47,335 nucleotides of DNA from Candidatus Harrisonbacteria bacterium RIFCSPHIGHO2_02_FULL_40_20 (GTDB lineage Bacteria > Patescibacteriota > Minisyncoccia > UBA6257 > WO2-44-18). Below the pieces are notes generated by a model that saw nothing but the letters and a program-made list of their open reading frames with translations, was not told the origin of the DNA and searched no databases. The stretch spans positions 1 through 47,335 of the forward strand of contig MHJF01000023.1 in assembly GCA_001818675.1 (NCBI GenBank), in the 5' to 3' direction. The position numbers were made by a program, and so were the translations under genes. Below, in pieces: positions 16,914-25,577 of this stretch. Each line of letters begins with the position of its first letter. Position 1 is the first letter of the stretch.

Positions 16914-17093
16914 ATGATGAATGTTATGTTGACGAAGCTGTTGGGATTTTTTCTGCTTCTTACTTTTGTGGTTTCTTTAACTGCCGCGATTTATGTTCCT
17001 TATTGTCGGAATAAATATAAGCCTAAGAAATCAAAAAATAATAAGGATGATGATTGCGGTTGCGGCGATAAAGGAGGTTGTTCTAATGACTGA
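16914..17093 (+). CDS. hypothetical 59-aa membrane protein with basic and Cys-rich tail
   Basis: Below the ORF-track size cut-off. GGGAGG SD lies 6 nt upstream. Sequence: MMNVMLTKLLGFFLLLTFVVSLTAAIYVPYCRNKYKPKKSKNNKDDDCGCGDKGGCSND. Confidence 0.5.
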   Translation: MMNVMLTKLLGFFLLLTFVVSLTAAIYVPYCRNKYKPKKSKNNKDDDCGCGDKGGCSND

Positions 17094-17301
17094 TCAAGAA
17101 GTTGTTAAGCGCGCTACGGACTTTGCTCGATCTTATAAGGGCCAGCCCTACAGTGAATCTGAATTTAATGAGCATTTATATTATGCTTTAGAGTCTTTAG
17201 TCAAAGCTGGCGCCACTGACGAACAGATTAAGCTTTTTAATAAAACGGTTAATAATCTGCCGTTAAAAGGAGGAAGTTTTAATTCGTATAGCGGAGATTA
17301 A
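17086..17301 (+). CDS. hypothetical 71-aa soluble protein
   Basis: ATG preceded by AAAGGAGG. Overlaps the upstream small ORF by 8 nt. Followed by a strong terminator. The ORF-track start at 16993 is upstream and not supported. Confidence 0.55.
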   Translation: MTDQEVVKRATDFARSYKGQPYSESEFNEHLYYALESLVKAGATDEQIKLFNKTVNNLPLKGGSFNSYSGD

Positions 17302-17310
17302 CTAAGATGT

Positions 17311-17340
17311 CCTCCGACGTTACGTCGGAGGGCTTTTTTA
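17311..17340 (+). terminator. intrinsic terminator after the small-protein operon
   Basis: CCTCCGACG-TTA-CGTCGGAGG followed by CTTTTTTATT. Confidence 0.8.
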
Positions 17341-17370
17341 TTGGTCAATAAATTGTTATATTTCTTATTA

Positions 17371-17498
17371 ATGGATCCCGTTAGAGGCAATTAAAATAAT
17401 GATGGCAAACAATACGATTCAATATATTAAAGCGTCGGTGGTTCTTAAAATGGCCGAGTTACGGTCGCCTTTGGCGACCTGCCTCTAACGGGATGGAT
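17371..17498 (+). repeat. Element-1 copy 3; its terminal ATGGAT is the pheS start
   Basis: Same termini (ATGGATCCCGTTAGAGGCA ... TGCCTCTAACGGGATGGAT) and same TTAAAATGGCCGAGTTACG block. The 7-bp hairpin at 17463-17479 has an unrelated sequence but the same position. Confidence 0.8.
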
Positions 17499-18494
17499 TT
17501 TGATGTTTTAAGGCGTAATGTTTTGGAGGCGATTAAGAAAACTCAAGATGTTAAGGGTTTAGAGCAGATTCGTATTAAGTATTTGGGGCGCCAGGATGGC
17601 GAACTTATTAAGATTTTGCGTTCGTTAAAAGATTTATCGGTTGAGGAAAAAAGAAAGCTAGGACCGGCGGCTAATTTTTTGCGTAACGAATTGGAAGCCG
17701 CATTTATAAATAAGCTTGAAAATTTAAAATTAAAAATTAGAAATTCCCAATCTAATTTAGATGTTACTCTGCCCGGAAAGAAGGTTCCGGTTGGCCATTT
17801 ACACCCGCTGACTTTAATGGAAAACCGGATTCGGGAAATTTTTCAAAGTTTAAGTTTTTCCGTAGTGGAAGGCCCGGAAGTAGAAAGCGATTACTATAAT
17901 TTTGATGCTTTAAATATTCCAGCTAATCATCCAGCTCGAGATATGTGGGATACCTTTTGGCTTCGTCAAAAAGTTCAAAGTTCAAAGTTCAAAGTTCAAA
18001 GTCTCTTATTGCGTACCCACACTAGCCCGGTTCAAATTCGTTATATGGAAAAGCATCAGCCGCCGTTTCAAATAATTGTGCCCGGCCGGGTTTTTCGTTA
18101 TGAGGCAACGGATGCCACTCACGAGATTAATTTTCATCAGATTGAGGGTTTGATGGTGGGGGAGGATGTTTCTTTGGCGAATTTTAAATATATTATTGAA
18201 GAGTTTTTAAAGCAATTATTTGGAAAAAATATTCATTTTCGATTTAGGCCCAGTTATTTCCCTTTTACTGAACCCAGTTTAGAAGTAGATATTCAGCTTG
18301 GCGGCAAATGGTTAGAAGTGATGGGCGCTGGAATGGTTCATCCCAAAGTTTTTGACGCTGTGAAATATAATTCAAAAGAAGTTAGGGGATTTGCTTTTGG
18401 CCTTGGTTTGGAAAGATTGGCAATGATTAAATATAAGATTGATGATATCCGATTATTTTATTCAGGTGATTTAAGATTTATAAAACAATTCTGA
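17493..18494 (+). CDS. pheS: phenylalanyl-tRNA synthetase alpha subunit
   Basis: 333 aa with HPARDMWDTFW, LLRTHTSPVQIR, FRPSYFPFTEPS and GFAFGLGLERLAM. Confidence 0.95.
   Translation: MDFDVLRRNVLEAIKKTQDVKGLEQIRIKYLGRQDGELIKILRSLKDLSVEEKRKLGPAANFLRNELEAAFINKLENLKLKIRNSQSNLDVTLPGKKVPVGHLHPLTLMENRIREIFQSLSFSVVEGPEVESDYYNFDALNIPANHPARDMWDTFWLRQKVQSSKFKVQSLLLRTHTSPVQIRYMEKHQPPFQIIVPGRVFRYEATDATHEINFHQIEGLMVGEDVSLANFKYIIEEFLKQLFGKNIHFRFRPSYFPFTEPSLEVDIQLGGKWLEVMGAGMVHPKVFDAVKYNSKEVRGFAFGLGLERLAMIKYKIDDIRLFYSGDLRFIKQF
17970..18002 (+). repeat. heptanucleotide tandem repeat (AAAGTTC x4 plus a partial unit) inside pheS
   Basis: Four perfect 7-nt units at 17970-17997 plus a partial unit. Translated as KVQSSKFKVQS between conserved WDTFW and LLRTHTSP. 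Confidence 0.9.
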
Positions 18495-20428
18495 TGGTTT
18501 TTTCCTATTCTCTATTTAAAAAGATCGTTTCTAAGATTCCTCCTAGGCCGCAGCTTCTGGAGCTTTTAAATTTTAGGATTTTTGAGGCAGAAGGCGAAGG
18601 TAAAAATAATTTAGAAATTTCTATTCCAGCTAATCGTTATTCCGATGCCGTAAGCCATTTCGGTTTAGCGAGGTTGATTTCTGCGGCAACCGGAGCAAAA
18701 TTGATTGATTTAGTATTGGCTTCGGCAAAAAGCCGTTCCGAATCTGATAAATTTCAGATAAAAATTTCCTCTAAAAAGCAGTGCTCTCGTTATAGCGGCC
18801 TTTATGCGGAATTTTCTAATTTAAAATCTTCGCCTCAATGGCTTAAAGATGTTTTGGCGGATTGCGGCTTGCGTTCTATTAATTCCGTGGTGGATGTAAT
18901 GAATTATGTGATGTTAGAAATTGGCCAGCCGCTTCATGCTTTTGACGCGGATTTAATTTCTGGGGCTATTGATGTCCGTCTGGCAAAAAATGGTGAAAAA
19001 ATAACCACCTTAGATGGCGCAGAGCTTAAATTAACTAATCAGGACCTATTAATTGCCGATGATAAGAGGCCGTTAGCCATCGCTGGCATTAAAGGCGGGA
19101 AAACTGCGGAAGTGAATACCCAAACTAAAAGAATTATTGTGGAAGCGGCAAATTTTGATGGCGCTTCAATTTATCGCACTGCTCGCCGTTTGAATTTATT
19201 CACTGACGCGGGCACAAGATTTGCCCATGGCCTAAGCCCTTATTTGGTGGAAAGAGGGATTCGCCGCGCGGCCCAGCTTTTAAAAGAAATTTGCGGCGCA
19301 AAAATAGGCGATTGGGTGGACGTTGATTACAGCAAATTGGACAAAACTGTTTTGAAATTTGATGTTAAAAAGTTTAATGCCCTTACCGGTTTTAATTTAG
19401 AGGAAAAAGTTTGTTTGGAATATTTGAAACGGCTTGGTTTTGAGATTAAGGGCGATTTAGTAACAGCGCCACCGGAGCGTATGGACATTGAATCATTTGA
19501 AGATTTAGCTGAAGAAATTGTTAATCTTCATAGCTATGATGAATTGCCGGCTATCGCGCCGAAGATGATCTTAAAGCCATCGGGTCAAGAAGATTCGGTG
19601 GTGCTGAAGAGTAAAAGCAGGAAGCTTTTAGCGGGTTTGGGATTAAATGAGGTTTATAATTATTCTTTTGTTGCAGGATTAAAAGATCAAAATTTCATTT
19701 GGTATTCCAATAATGCCAAACTTGTAGAGTTAGAAAATCCGATTGCGGAAGATAAAAAATATCTGCGGCCAAGTTTATTGCTGGGGCTTTTGAAAAATGT
19801 GGAAGATAACTGGCGATTTAATGACGAAGTGAGAATTTTTGAGATTGGCAGGGTTTTTGCTGAAGAGAAGGGCGGGCTTTCAGAGAAATTAATGTTGGGA
19901 TTAGCGCTAGGCCTTAAAAAACAGCGGCCATTTTTGGAATTAAAAGGTTCGTTGGATTCATTTTTTAGCGGCGTTGGTTTATTGGAGCACGACTTTGTTC
20001 CGGTTGGCGACAATTTGCGCATAGAGTCCGATCATCATGTTTTGGGTTATGTTCGGGCGGCGCAGGCGGATATTGCGGTTGCGGAAATTGATTTAACTAA
20101 ATTAGTTAGTTTAATCCAGGAAGAAAAAGAATATCGCCCGCTTTCTAAATATCCTTCAATAGTTCGGGATCTTTCATTTATTGTGGACGCGGAAACACGG
20201 GTGGGAGATATTCAAAATATTTTAGAAAATATCAGCAAATTAGTAGAAGATGTGGATTTGGTGGATTGGTTTCAGGATGAACAAAAACTGGGCACTGACA
20301 AAAAAAGCTTAACTTTTCGTTTGGTTTTTCAATCCGAAGAGCGCACGCTTACAGACGAGGAAGTGGGCAAGGAAATGGAGAGGGTAGTTTCAGCCTTAGA
20401 GAAGAAATTTGATATAGAGGTTAGGTAA
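18494..20428 (+). CDS. pheT: phenylalanyl-tRNA synthetase beta subunit (short form)
   Basis: 644 aa. TGATG overlap with pheS. B3/B4, B5 and C-terminal FDX-ACB-like regions are present. The N-terminal OB (tRNA-binding) domain is absent. Confidence 0.9.
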   Translation: MVFSYSLFKKIVSKIPPRPQLLELLNFRIFEAEGEGKNNLEISIPANRYSDAVSHFGLARLISAATGAKLIDLVLASAKSRSESDKFQIKISSKKQCSRYSGLYAEFSNLKSSPQWLKDVLADCGLRSINSVVDVMNYVMLEIGQPLHAFDADLISGAIDVRLAKNGEKITTLDGAELKLTNQDLLIADDKRPLAIAGIKGGKTAEVNTQTKRIIVEAANFDGASIYRTARRLNLFTDAGTRFAHGLSPYLVERGIRRAAQLLKEICGAKIGDWVDVDYSKLDKTVLKFDVKKFNALTGFNLEEKVCLEYLKRLGFEIKGDLVTAPPERMDIESFEDLAEEIVNLHSYDELPAIAPKMILKPSGQEDSVVLKSKSRKLLAGLGLNEVYNYSFVAGLKDQNFIWYSNNAKLVELENPIAEDKKYLRPSLLLGLLKNVEDNWRFNDEVRIFEIGRVFAEEKGGLSEKLMLGLALGLKKQRPFLELKGSLDSFFSGVGLLEHDFVPVGDNLRIESDHHVLGYVRAAQADIAVAEIDLTKLVSLIQEEKEYRPLSKYPSIVRDLSFIVDAETRVGDIQNILENISKLVEDVDLVDWFQDEQKLGTDKKSLTFRLVFQSEERTLTDEEVGKEMERVVSALEKKFDIEVR

Positions 20429-20477
20429 GATTATTTTTCTCATTTTTATCATTGCGATTCGCCAGTTGGCGAATACG

Positions 20478-20501
20478 AAGCCCTGCCTGCCGGCAGGCAG
20501 G
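20478..20501. repeat. GC-rich palindromic 24-mer, intergenic copy
   Basis: AAGCCCTGCCTGCCGGCAGGCAGG. The core 20 bp, CCTGCCTGCCGGCAGGCAGG, is a perfect palindrome. Confidence 0.9.
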
Positions 20502-20517
20502 AATCTTACAATGTAAT

Positions 20518-20544
20518 AAAAAAAGAAGCCCCAGTTGGGGCTTC
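20518..20544 (-). terminator. intrinsic terminator of guaB
   Basis: The minus strand reads GAAGCCCC-AACT-GGGGCTTC followed by a run of seven T. Confidence 0.8.
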
Positions 20545-20589
20545 AGGCAATTTGTTCTTAGTTCAATGTTCAGTGTTTTTCGTTCATTG

Positions 20590-22071
20590 TCAGCTTTTTG
20601 GCATTCCTTCTTCGTGTCCTGCGCGGGTTTGCCAGCGCATTTGGCATTCTCGTAGTTCTGCTAATGTCAGCGCGTTTACGTAACTCATTGCGGAACTTAG
20701 ATTCTTGATTAGCACTTCAATCACTGGGCCAACGCTTCCCTTGTAAGGAACGCGCCGAGGTTCTCCTTCCGGAGCTCTAATATCATCTAGCGATCCTTTT
20801 GCCAGTCGGTCGAGTTGCAGTTCCAGCGATGCGGATCCGCGATACACCTTAAATTTTTGGCCTTTGTCCATTTGTAGTTCGCCCGGAGATTCGTCTGTTC
20901 CCGCTAAAGCGCTGCCGAGCATGACAACACTGGCGCCAGCTGCTAGAGCTTTGGCAAAATCTCCGCCTTTGGCAATGCCGCCATCAGCAATAATTGGGAT
21001 ATCTTCCGCAACCGCAGCGCATTCCGCGATAGCGGTAAGTTGAGGCATTCCTACTCCAGTTTCTTCTCGAGTTTTACACGCAGAGCCCGGACCTATGCCA
21101 ACTTTGACTGCATCAGCTCCCGCGTCAATCAGCAGTCTTGTTCCTTCGGGGTTGTCTACATTCCCAACCACTAACTGTGCTTTAGGAAATTCTTTTTTGA
21201 TTTTTTGAATTGTTTCTTGAACTCGAAGAGCATTGGCTCGGGCAGTGTCTAATAGAATAGCATCGGCTCCCGCGCCACATAATTGCCCAACTTCTTCCAG
21301 GATGTTATCAGGCAAGCCAACTGTAGCTCCTACCAGTAATCTTCCTTTTCGGTCTCTGGCCGCCATTGGGAATTGAGACCGCTTAACTACGTCTTTAGCG
21401 GTAATCAGTCCGACGGGCTGATTCTTTTCGTCTATTAGCGGAAGTTTTTCAATCTTTTTTGCGTCCAGAATTTTGATAGCCTCTTGAATGGTGATCCCCG
21501 GATTAGCTGTTACCAAAGCTTTTGTCATTACATCTTCAACTCGTAAGGATTTTAGAGCTTCGTCAGTTTGATATCTTTTAAATTGCACATCGCGATTGGT
21601 AAGAATGCCGACTAAAACCCCATCGTCATTCACTACTAAAACAGCAGAAGTTTTGTTGAGTTTCATGAAATCCAAAGCTTCTTTAAGCGAGATGCCAGGT
21701 TTTACGCACCAGGGATTTTCAATGATTTCATTGTCGGCTCTTTTGACTTCCCGTACTTGCGATACTCGGTCTTTGATTGGCATGAACTGATGAATAAATC
21801 CTAGGCCGCCTTTTCGAGCAATCGCAATGGCCATGGCTGATTCGGTGACATCGGCCATATTAGAAGAAATAATCGGAATATTCAGCCGCGTTTTTTTTGT
21901 CAGTTGAGTGCGCAAGTTTTCAACAGATCCGCTGATTTCGCTTCGGCTCTTGATTCGGGACGTCCGGTCTACCAAAAAGATATCAGGGAAAGTTACGGCA
22001 ATATGAAGTGGCAGACCTTTGCTTCTTAAGTATTGCCTTACTATTTTTCTTATTTGGGTATTGTGAATCAT
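20590..22071 (-). CDS. guaB: IMP dehydrogenase
   Basis: VTFPDIFLV start region, two CBS segments, catalytic loop [14 protein letters not shown] at 22071 chosen because it forms an ATGA overlap with the gpt stop and has GGGAGG 4 nt upstream. The ORF track extends to 22182. Confidence 0.93.
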   Translation of the reverse strand: MIHNTQIRKIVRQYLRSKGLPLHIAVTFPDIFLVDRTSRIKSRSEISGSVENLRTQLTKKTRLNIPIISSNMADVTESAMAIAIARKGGLGFIHQFMPIKDRVSQVREVKRADNEIIENPWCVKPGISLKEALDFMKLNKTSAVLVVNDDGVLVGILTNRDVQFKRYQTDEALKSLRVEDVMTKALVTANPGITIQEAIKILDAKKIEKLPLIDEKNQPVGLITAKDVVKRSQFPMAARDRKGRLLVGATVGLPDNILEEVGQLCGAGADAILLDTARANALRVQETIQKIKKEFPKAQLVVGNVDNPEGTRLLIDAGADAVKVGIGPGSACKTREETGVGMPQLTAIAECAAVAEDIPIIADGGIAKGGDFAKALAAGASVVMLGSALAGTDESPGELQMDKGQKFKVYRGSASLELQLDRLAKGSLDDIRAPEGEPRRVPYKGSVGPVIEVLIKNLSSAMSYVNALTLAELRECQMRWQTRAGHEEGMPKS

Positions 22072-22490
22072 GGCGCCTCCCATGGGAATTGAACCCAACG
22101 GTCGTCTTTTTCTCTGATCCAGATATCGGGTGTAATAGTGCTTTGAGGATGCTTGAATAGAGTAACAATGAAAGAGCCGCAATTGTTGAAGTTCCAGAGA
22201 GTTTGTCCGGTGTCGGCGATATCGTCCACTACTAAAGTTTTTTCCCAGAATTCTGGCATATAAAATGACATAAAACCAAAATTGTTGGGAAGACCTGGTT
22301 TTCTTTCTCTATCGGGACAAAGAAGATGAGAGAGTTTTACAGCTAGTATGACTCCTCCCCGGGGCGGCCCGTAAATATATTTAAATTTTTTACCCCACGC
22401 TTTTATAGTGTCAGCAATTTTTCGAGCGTCTACCTCAAATTCTTCCCAGGTATAAACCTGAATGCCTGCATTGGGTGGCTGGTTAGCCAT
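22068..22490 (-). CDS. gpt: xanthine-guanine phosphoribosyltransferase-like
   Basis: 140 aa from MANQPP. The layout is collinear with E. coli Gpt: YTWEEFEVDARKIA, PRGGVILA, PRPP motif LVVDDIADTGQTL, and C-terminal DRWVQFPWE. Confidence 0.8.
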   Translation of the reverse strand: MANQPPNAGIQVYTWEEFEVDARKIADTIKAWGKKFKYIYGPPRGGVILAVKLSHLLCPDRERKPGLPNNFGFMSFYMPEFWEKTLVVDDIADTGQTLWNFNNCGSFIVTLFKHPQSTITPDIWIREKDDRWVQFPWEAP

Positions 22491-22588
22491 GTGTTGCCTC
22501 CCTAAATCAAAACGAAGTTTTGATCGGCTATAGCCCGATGGGCTCGCCCATTTAGGTGCGAACAATTTGCAAAGTAAATTGTTTTAGC
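22491..22588 (-). promoter_or_regulatory. Element-2 leader (variant I) upstream of gpt-guaB
   Basis: The reverse complement matches 27282-27377 with 4 substitutions in the shared ~92-nt block. It ends GATCAAAAC-TTC-GTTTTGATTTAGGGAGG before the ATG. Confidence 0.65.
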
Positions 22589-22699
22589 TTTTTCAAATTT
22601 CAACGAACAACGCATTTTAGCGTAGCATTTTTAGTATAGCTTCGCAATAACTTTCTCTTTCTTTTAACTCTCTTTTTTGTTATAATAAAGAAATCTGCA

Positions 22700-24673
22700 A
22701 TGGCAAAATTTAAGGGTAAATCAAAAGAAAAAAAAGCTTCCAAGATAGAGAATAAAGAGCCTTCTTATACCGCTAAAGACATCTATGTTTTAGAGGGTTT
22801 AGAACCGGTGCGTAAGCGCCCGGGAATGTATATCGGTTCAACCAGCGCCGATGGTTTGCATCATTTAATTTGGGAGGTAGTGGACAATAGTATTGACGAG
22901 GCGATGGCTGGTTATGCGAAAAACATCCGCGTGGAAATTTTGCCGGGCAATCGGGTAGCGGTTACGGATGATGGCCGCGGCATTCCGGTGGAAATCCATA
23001 AACAGACCAAAAAATCCGCGTTGGAAACCGTAATGACCACCCTGCATGCCGGAGGAAAATTCGGCGGCGAATCCTATAAAGTTTCCGGAGGCTTGCACGG
23101 CGTAGGCGTTTCTGTTGTTTGCGCGCTTTCTATTTGGATGAAAGTTGAAGTTTCCCGCGATGGCGGTTTATATGAGCAGGAATACAAAATAGGCGTTCCG
23201 CAATACAAAGTTAAGAAAACCGGCAAGAGCGCCAGTACCGGTACTAAAGTTACTTTTGAGCCGGACGCGACAATTTTTACTACTGTAGAATTTGATGTTA
23301 AGCGTGTTATAGATCATTTGCGCCAGCAAGCTTTTTTAACGAAAGGCGTGAAAATTGAGATAATAGACACTCGTAAATCAGAGATGATTGCGGGATACCA
23401 CGCTTTTTATTTTGATGGCGGGCTTTTATCTTTTGTTAAATATTTGAATTCTACGGAAAAAGTTGTGCAAGACACTCCTTTTTATGTTCATAAACAGGAC
23501 GGCAAGGTGGAAGTAGAAGCGGCTTTTTCTTATAACAATGATATTGATACGGAAGAGTTAAGTTTTGCTAATAATATTTACACTCCGGACGGAGGAATGC
23601 ACTTGACTGGGTTTCGTTCCGCCTTAACTCGCTATTTGAATGATTTTGCCAGGCAATATGAATATATTAAAAAAGATGATGATAATTTTACCGGCGATGA
23701 TGTGCGTGAGGGTTTAACTGCGGTTGTGGCGGTTAAAATTCCGGAACCGCAATTTGAAGGTCAGACGAAAGCCAGATTAGGAAGTCCGGAAGCTCGCACA
23801 GCGGTGGAAAGCGTAGTCGGCGAAGCCCTCAAAGATTTTTTAGAAAGAAATTCTGCCGACGCGCGCCGGATAGTAGAAAAATGTTTATTATCGGTTAAGG
23901 CTCGCAAGGCTGCTAAGGCCGCGAAGGAAACTATTTTGCGCAAAGGCGCCCTGGAAGGTATGCTATTGCCGGGTAAATTAGCGGATTGCAGTTCGCGTAA
24001 CCCGGAAGAATCCGAATTATTTATTGTTGAGGGTGATTCTGCAGGCGGCAGCGCCAAACAGGGAAGAGATCGGCGCGTTCAAGCCATTTTGCCTTTACGG
24101 GGTAAGATTTTGAATGTGGAAAAGTCACGCGTGGATAAGATGATTGTTAATAAAGAAATTAAGTCTTTAGTGATGGCTTTGGGGACCGCCATCGCCGAGT
24201 CTTTTGATATTGCTCGATTGCGTTATCACAAAATTATTTTAATGACTGATGCTGACGTGGATGGCGCCCATATTCGCACTTTGCTTTTAACTCTTTTTTA
24301 TCGTTATTTCCGACCGGTGATGGAAAGCGGGCATGTTTTTATTGCCACTCCGCCTTTATTTCGTGTTCAAAAAGGAAAGGATATTCATTATGCCTATAAA
24401 GAAGAAGATAAAGATAAGTTGGTGAAGCAGTTGGGAAGCGGTGATGGCGAGAAGGGGTTGTCTATTAGCCGCTATAAGGGTCTTGGTGAAATGAATCCGG
24501 ATCAACTTTGGGAAACCACCATGAATCCTGACACTCGGCTTTTGAAGAAGGTTAATATTCGTGACGCTCAGGAGACTGATAAACTTTTTGATATTTTAAT
24601 GGGAGAAGAAGTGGAGCCGAGAAAACAATTTATTCAGTCGCAAGCGCAGTTTGTAAAAAACCTAGATGTTTAA
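22700..24673 (+). CDS. gyrB: DNA gyrase subunit B
   Basis: 657 aa with VLEGLEPVRKRPGMYIGST, GGLHGVGVSVV, EGDSAGGSAKQGRDR and PLRGKILNVE. Confidence 0.97.
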   Translation: MAKFKGKSKEKKASKIENKEPSYTAKDIYVLEGLEPVRKRPGMYIGSTSADGLHHLIWEVVDNSIDEAMAGYAKNIRVEILPGNRVAVTDDGRGIPVEIHKQTKKSALETVMTTLHAGGKFGGESYKVSGGLHGVGVSVVCALSIWMKVEVSRDGGLYEQEYKIGVPQYKVKKTGKSASTGTKVTFEPDATIFTTVEFDVKRVIDHLRQQAFLTKGVKIEIIDTRKSEMIAGYHAFYFDGGLLSFVKYLNSTEKVVQDTPFYVHKQDGKVEVEAAFSYNNDIDTEELSFANNIYTPDGGMHLTGFRSALTRYLNDFARQYEYIKKDDDNFTGDDVREGLTAVVAVKIPEPQFEGQTKARLGSPEARTAVESVVGEALKDFLERNSADARRIVEKCLLSVKARKAAKAAKETILRKGALEGMLLPGKLADCSSRNPEESELFIVEGDSAGGSAKQGRDRRVQAILPLRGKILNVEKSRVDKMIVNKEIKSLVMALGTAIAESFDIARLRYHKIILMTDADVDGAHIRTLLLTLFYRYFRPVMESGHVFIATPPLFRVQKGKDIHYAYKEEDKDKLVKQLGSGDGEKGLSISRYKGLGEMNPDQLWETTMNPDTRLLKKVNIRDAQETDKLFDILMGEEVEPRKQFIQSQAQFVKNLDV

Positions 24674-24822
24674 TATGACTTTCATCCTGAGCTTGTCGAA
24701 GGATGAAACCTTGACGTTTAAATTAAGTTGGGTTAAAATAATACAAACCTACGAAAGTATACGAACACCGCGAATAATTTATAATTTTCGCAGTATTCGC
24801 ATACGTTCGCATTGTTAACATT

Positions 24823-25008
24823 ATGTTAAATAAAATTAAATTATTTTTACAAGAGTCACAGCAAGAGTTTAAAAAGGTGAATTGGCCGAGTTCTAGCGAA
24901 ACGGTGCGTTTGACCATGGTAGTTATTATGATGTCTTTAGGGGTTTCGGTTTTTCTCGGCCTTTTAGACTTTATTTTTTCCACGGCGTTACAAAAGCTTT
25001 TAATTTAA
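24823..25008 (+). CDS. secE: preprotein translocase subunit SecE
   Basis: 61 aa with a single C-terminal TM segment. Lies immediately upstream of nusG. Confidence 0.85.
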   Translation: MLNKIKLFLQESQQEFKKVNWPSSSETVRLTMVVIMMSLGVSVFLGLLDFIFSTALQKLLI

Positions 25009-25009
25009 A

Positions 25010-25561
25010 ATGAGCGAAGTTGTGCAAGACAAAAATCGTCATTGGTACGCGATTCACACTTATTCGGGCTACGAAGATGCGGTGGCGCGTTATTTAAAGC
25101 AACGCGTAGATTCGTTAGCGATGAACGATAAAATTTTTAATATTATTGTTCCTAAGGAAACGAAGATTAAAATTAAGAATGGCAAGCGCCGAACTATAGA
25201 AGAAAAAATTTATCCCGGTTATGTATTGGTGGATATGATGTTGACCGATGATTCTTGGTATGTGGTTCGGAATACTCCTCGGGTAACTGGTTTTGTGGGT
25301 TCGGATACCACTACGCCGATTCCTCTTTCTAAAGAAGAAATTGATGCTTTGATGGCTAGAATGGTTGGTGAAGATTCCAAGAAATTTAAAGTTGAACTTT
25401 CAGTGGGAGAATCAGTTAAGATTATTGACGGCCCATTCAAGGAATACCAAGCTAAAGTTATAGAGATTGATGAAGAAAAAGGAAGAGTTAAAGTTGCGGT
25501 TCCGATTTTCAATCGAGATACGATAGTGGAGTTAGATTCCTTGCAAGTACAAAAAATATAA
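25010..25561 (+). CDS. nusG: transcription termination/antitermination factor NusG
   Basis: 183 aa with WYAIHTYSGYE (NGN domain) and a C-terminal KOW (GESVKIIDGPFKEYQAKV). Confidence 0.95.
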   Translation: MSEVVQDKNRHWYAIHTYSGYEDAVARYLKQRVDSLAMNDKIFNIIVPKETKIKIKNGKRRTIEEKIYPGYVLVDMMLTDDSWYVVRNTPRVTGFVGSDTTTPIPLSKEEIDALMARMVGEDSKKFKVELSVGESVKIIDGPFKEYQAKVIEIDEEKGRVKVAVPIFNRDTIVELDSLQVQKI

Positions 25562-25577
25562 AAATAAAGGTGTGGCT

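Noticed and set aside
20452-20655. 67-aa track ORF in the pheT/guaB spacer
   Set aside because: It is composed of the three palindromic hairpins and runs antisense into the guaB 3' end. No SD is present.
22071-22182. Longer guaB N-terminus (track start 22182) and longer gpt N-terminus (track start 22565)
   Set aside because: The extensions run through the gpt coding region and the Element-2 leader respectively. Internal ATGs with GGGAGG SDs give proteins of canonical length.
24723-24983. 86-aa minus-strand ORF
   Set aside because: It is antisense to secE and its hairpin-rich leader. secE is supported by synteny with nusG.
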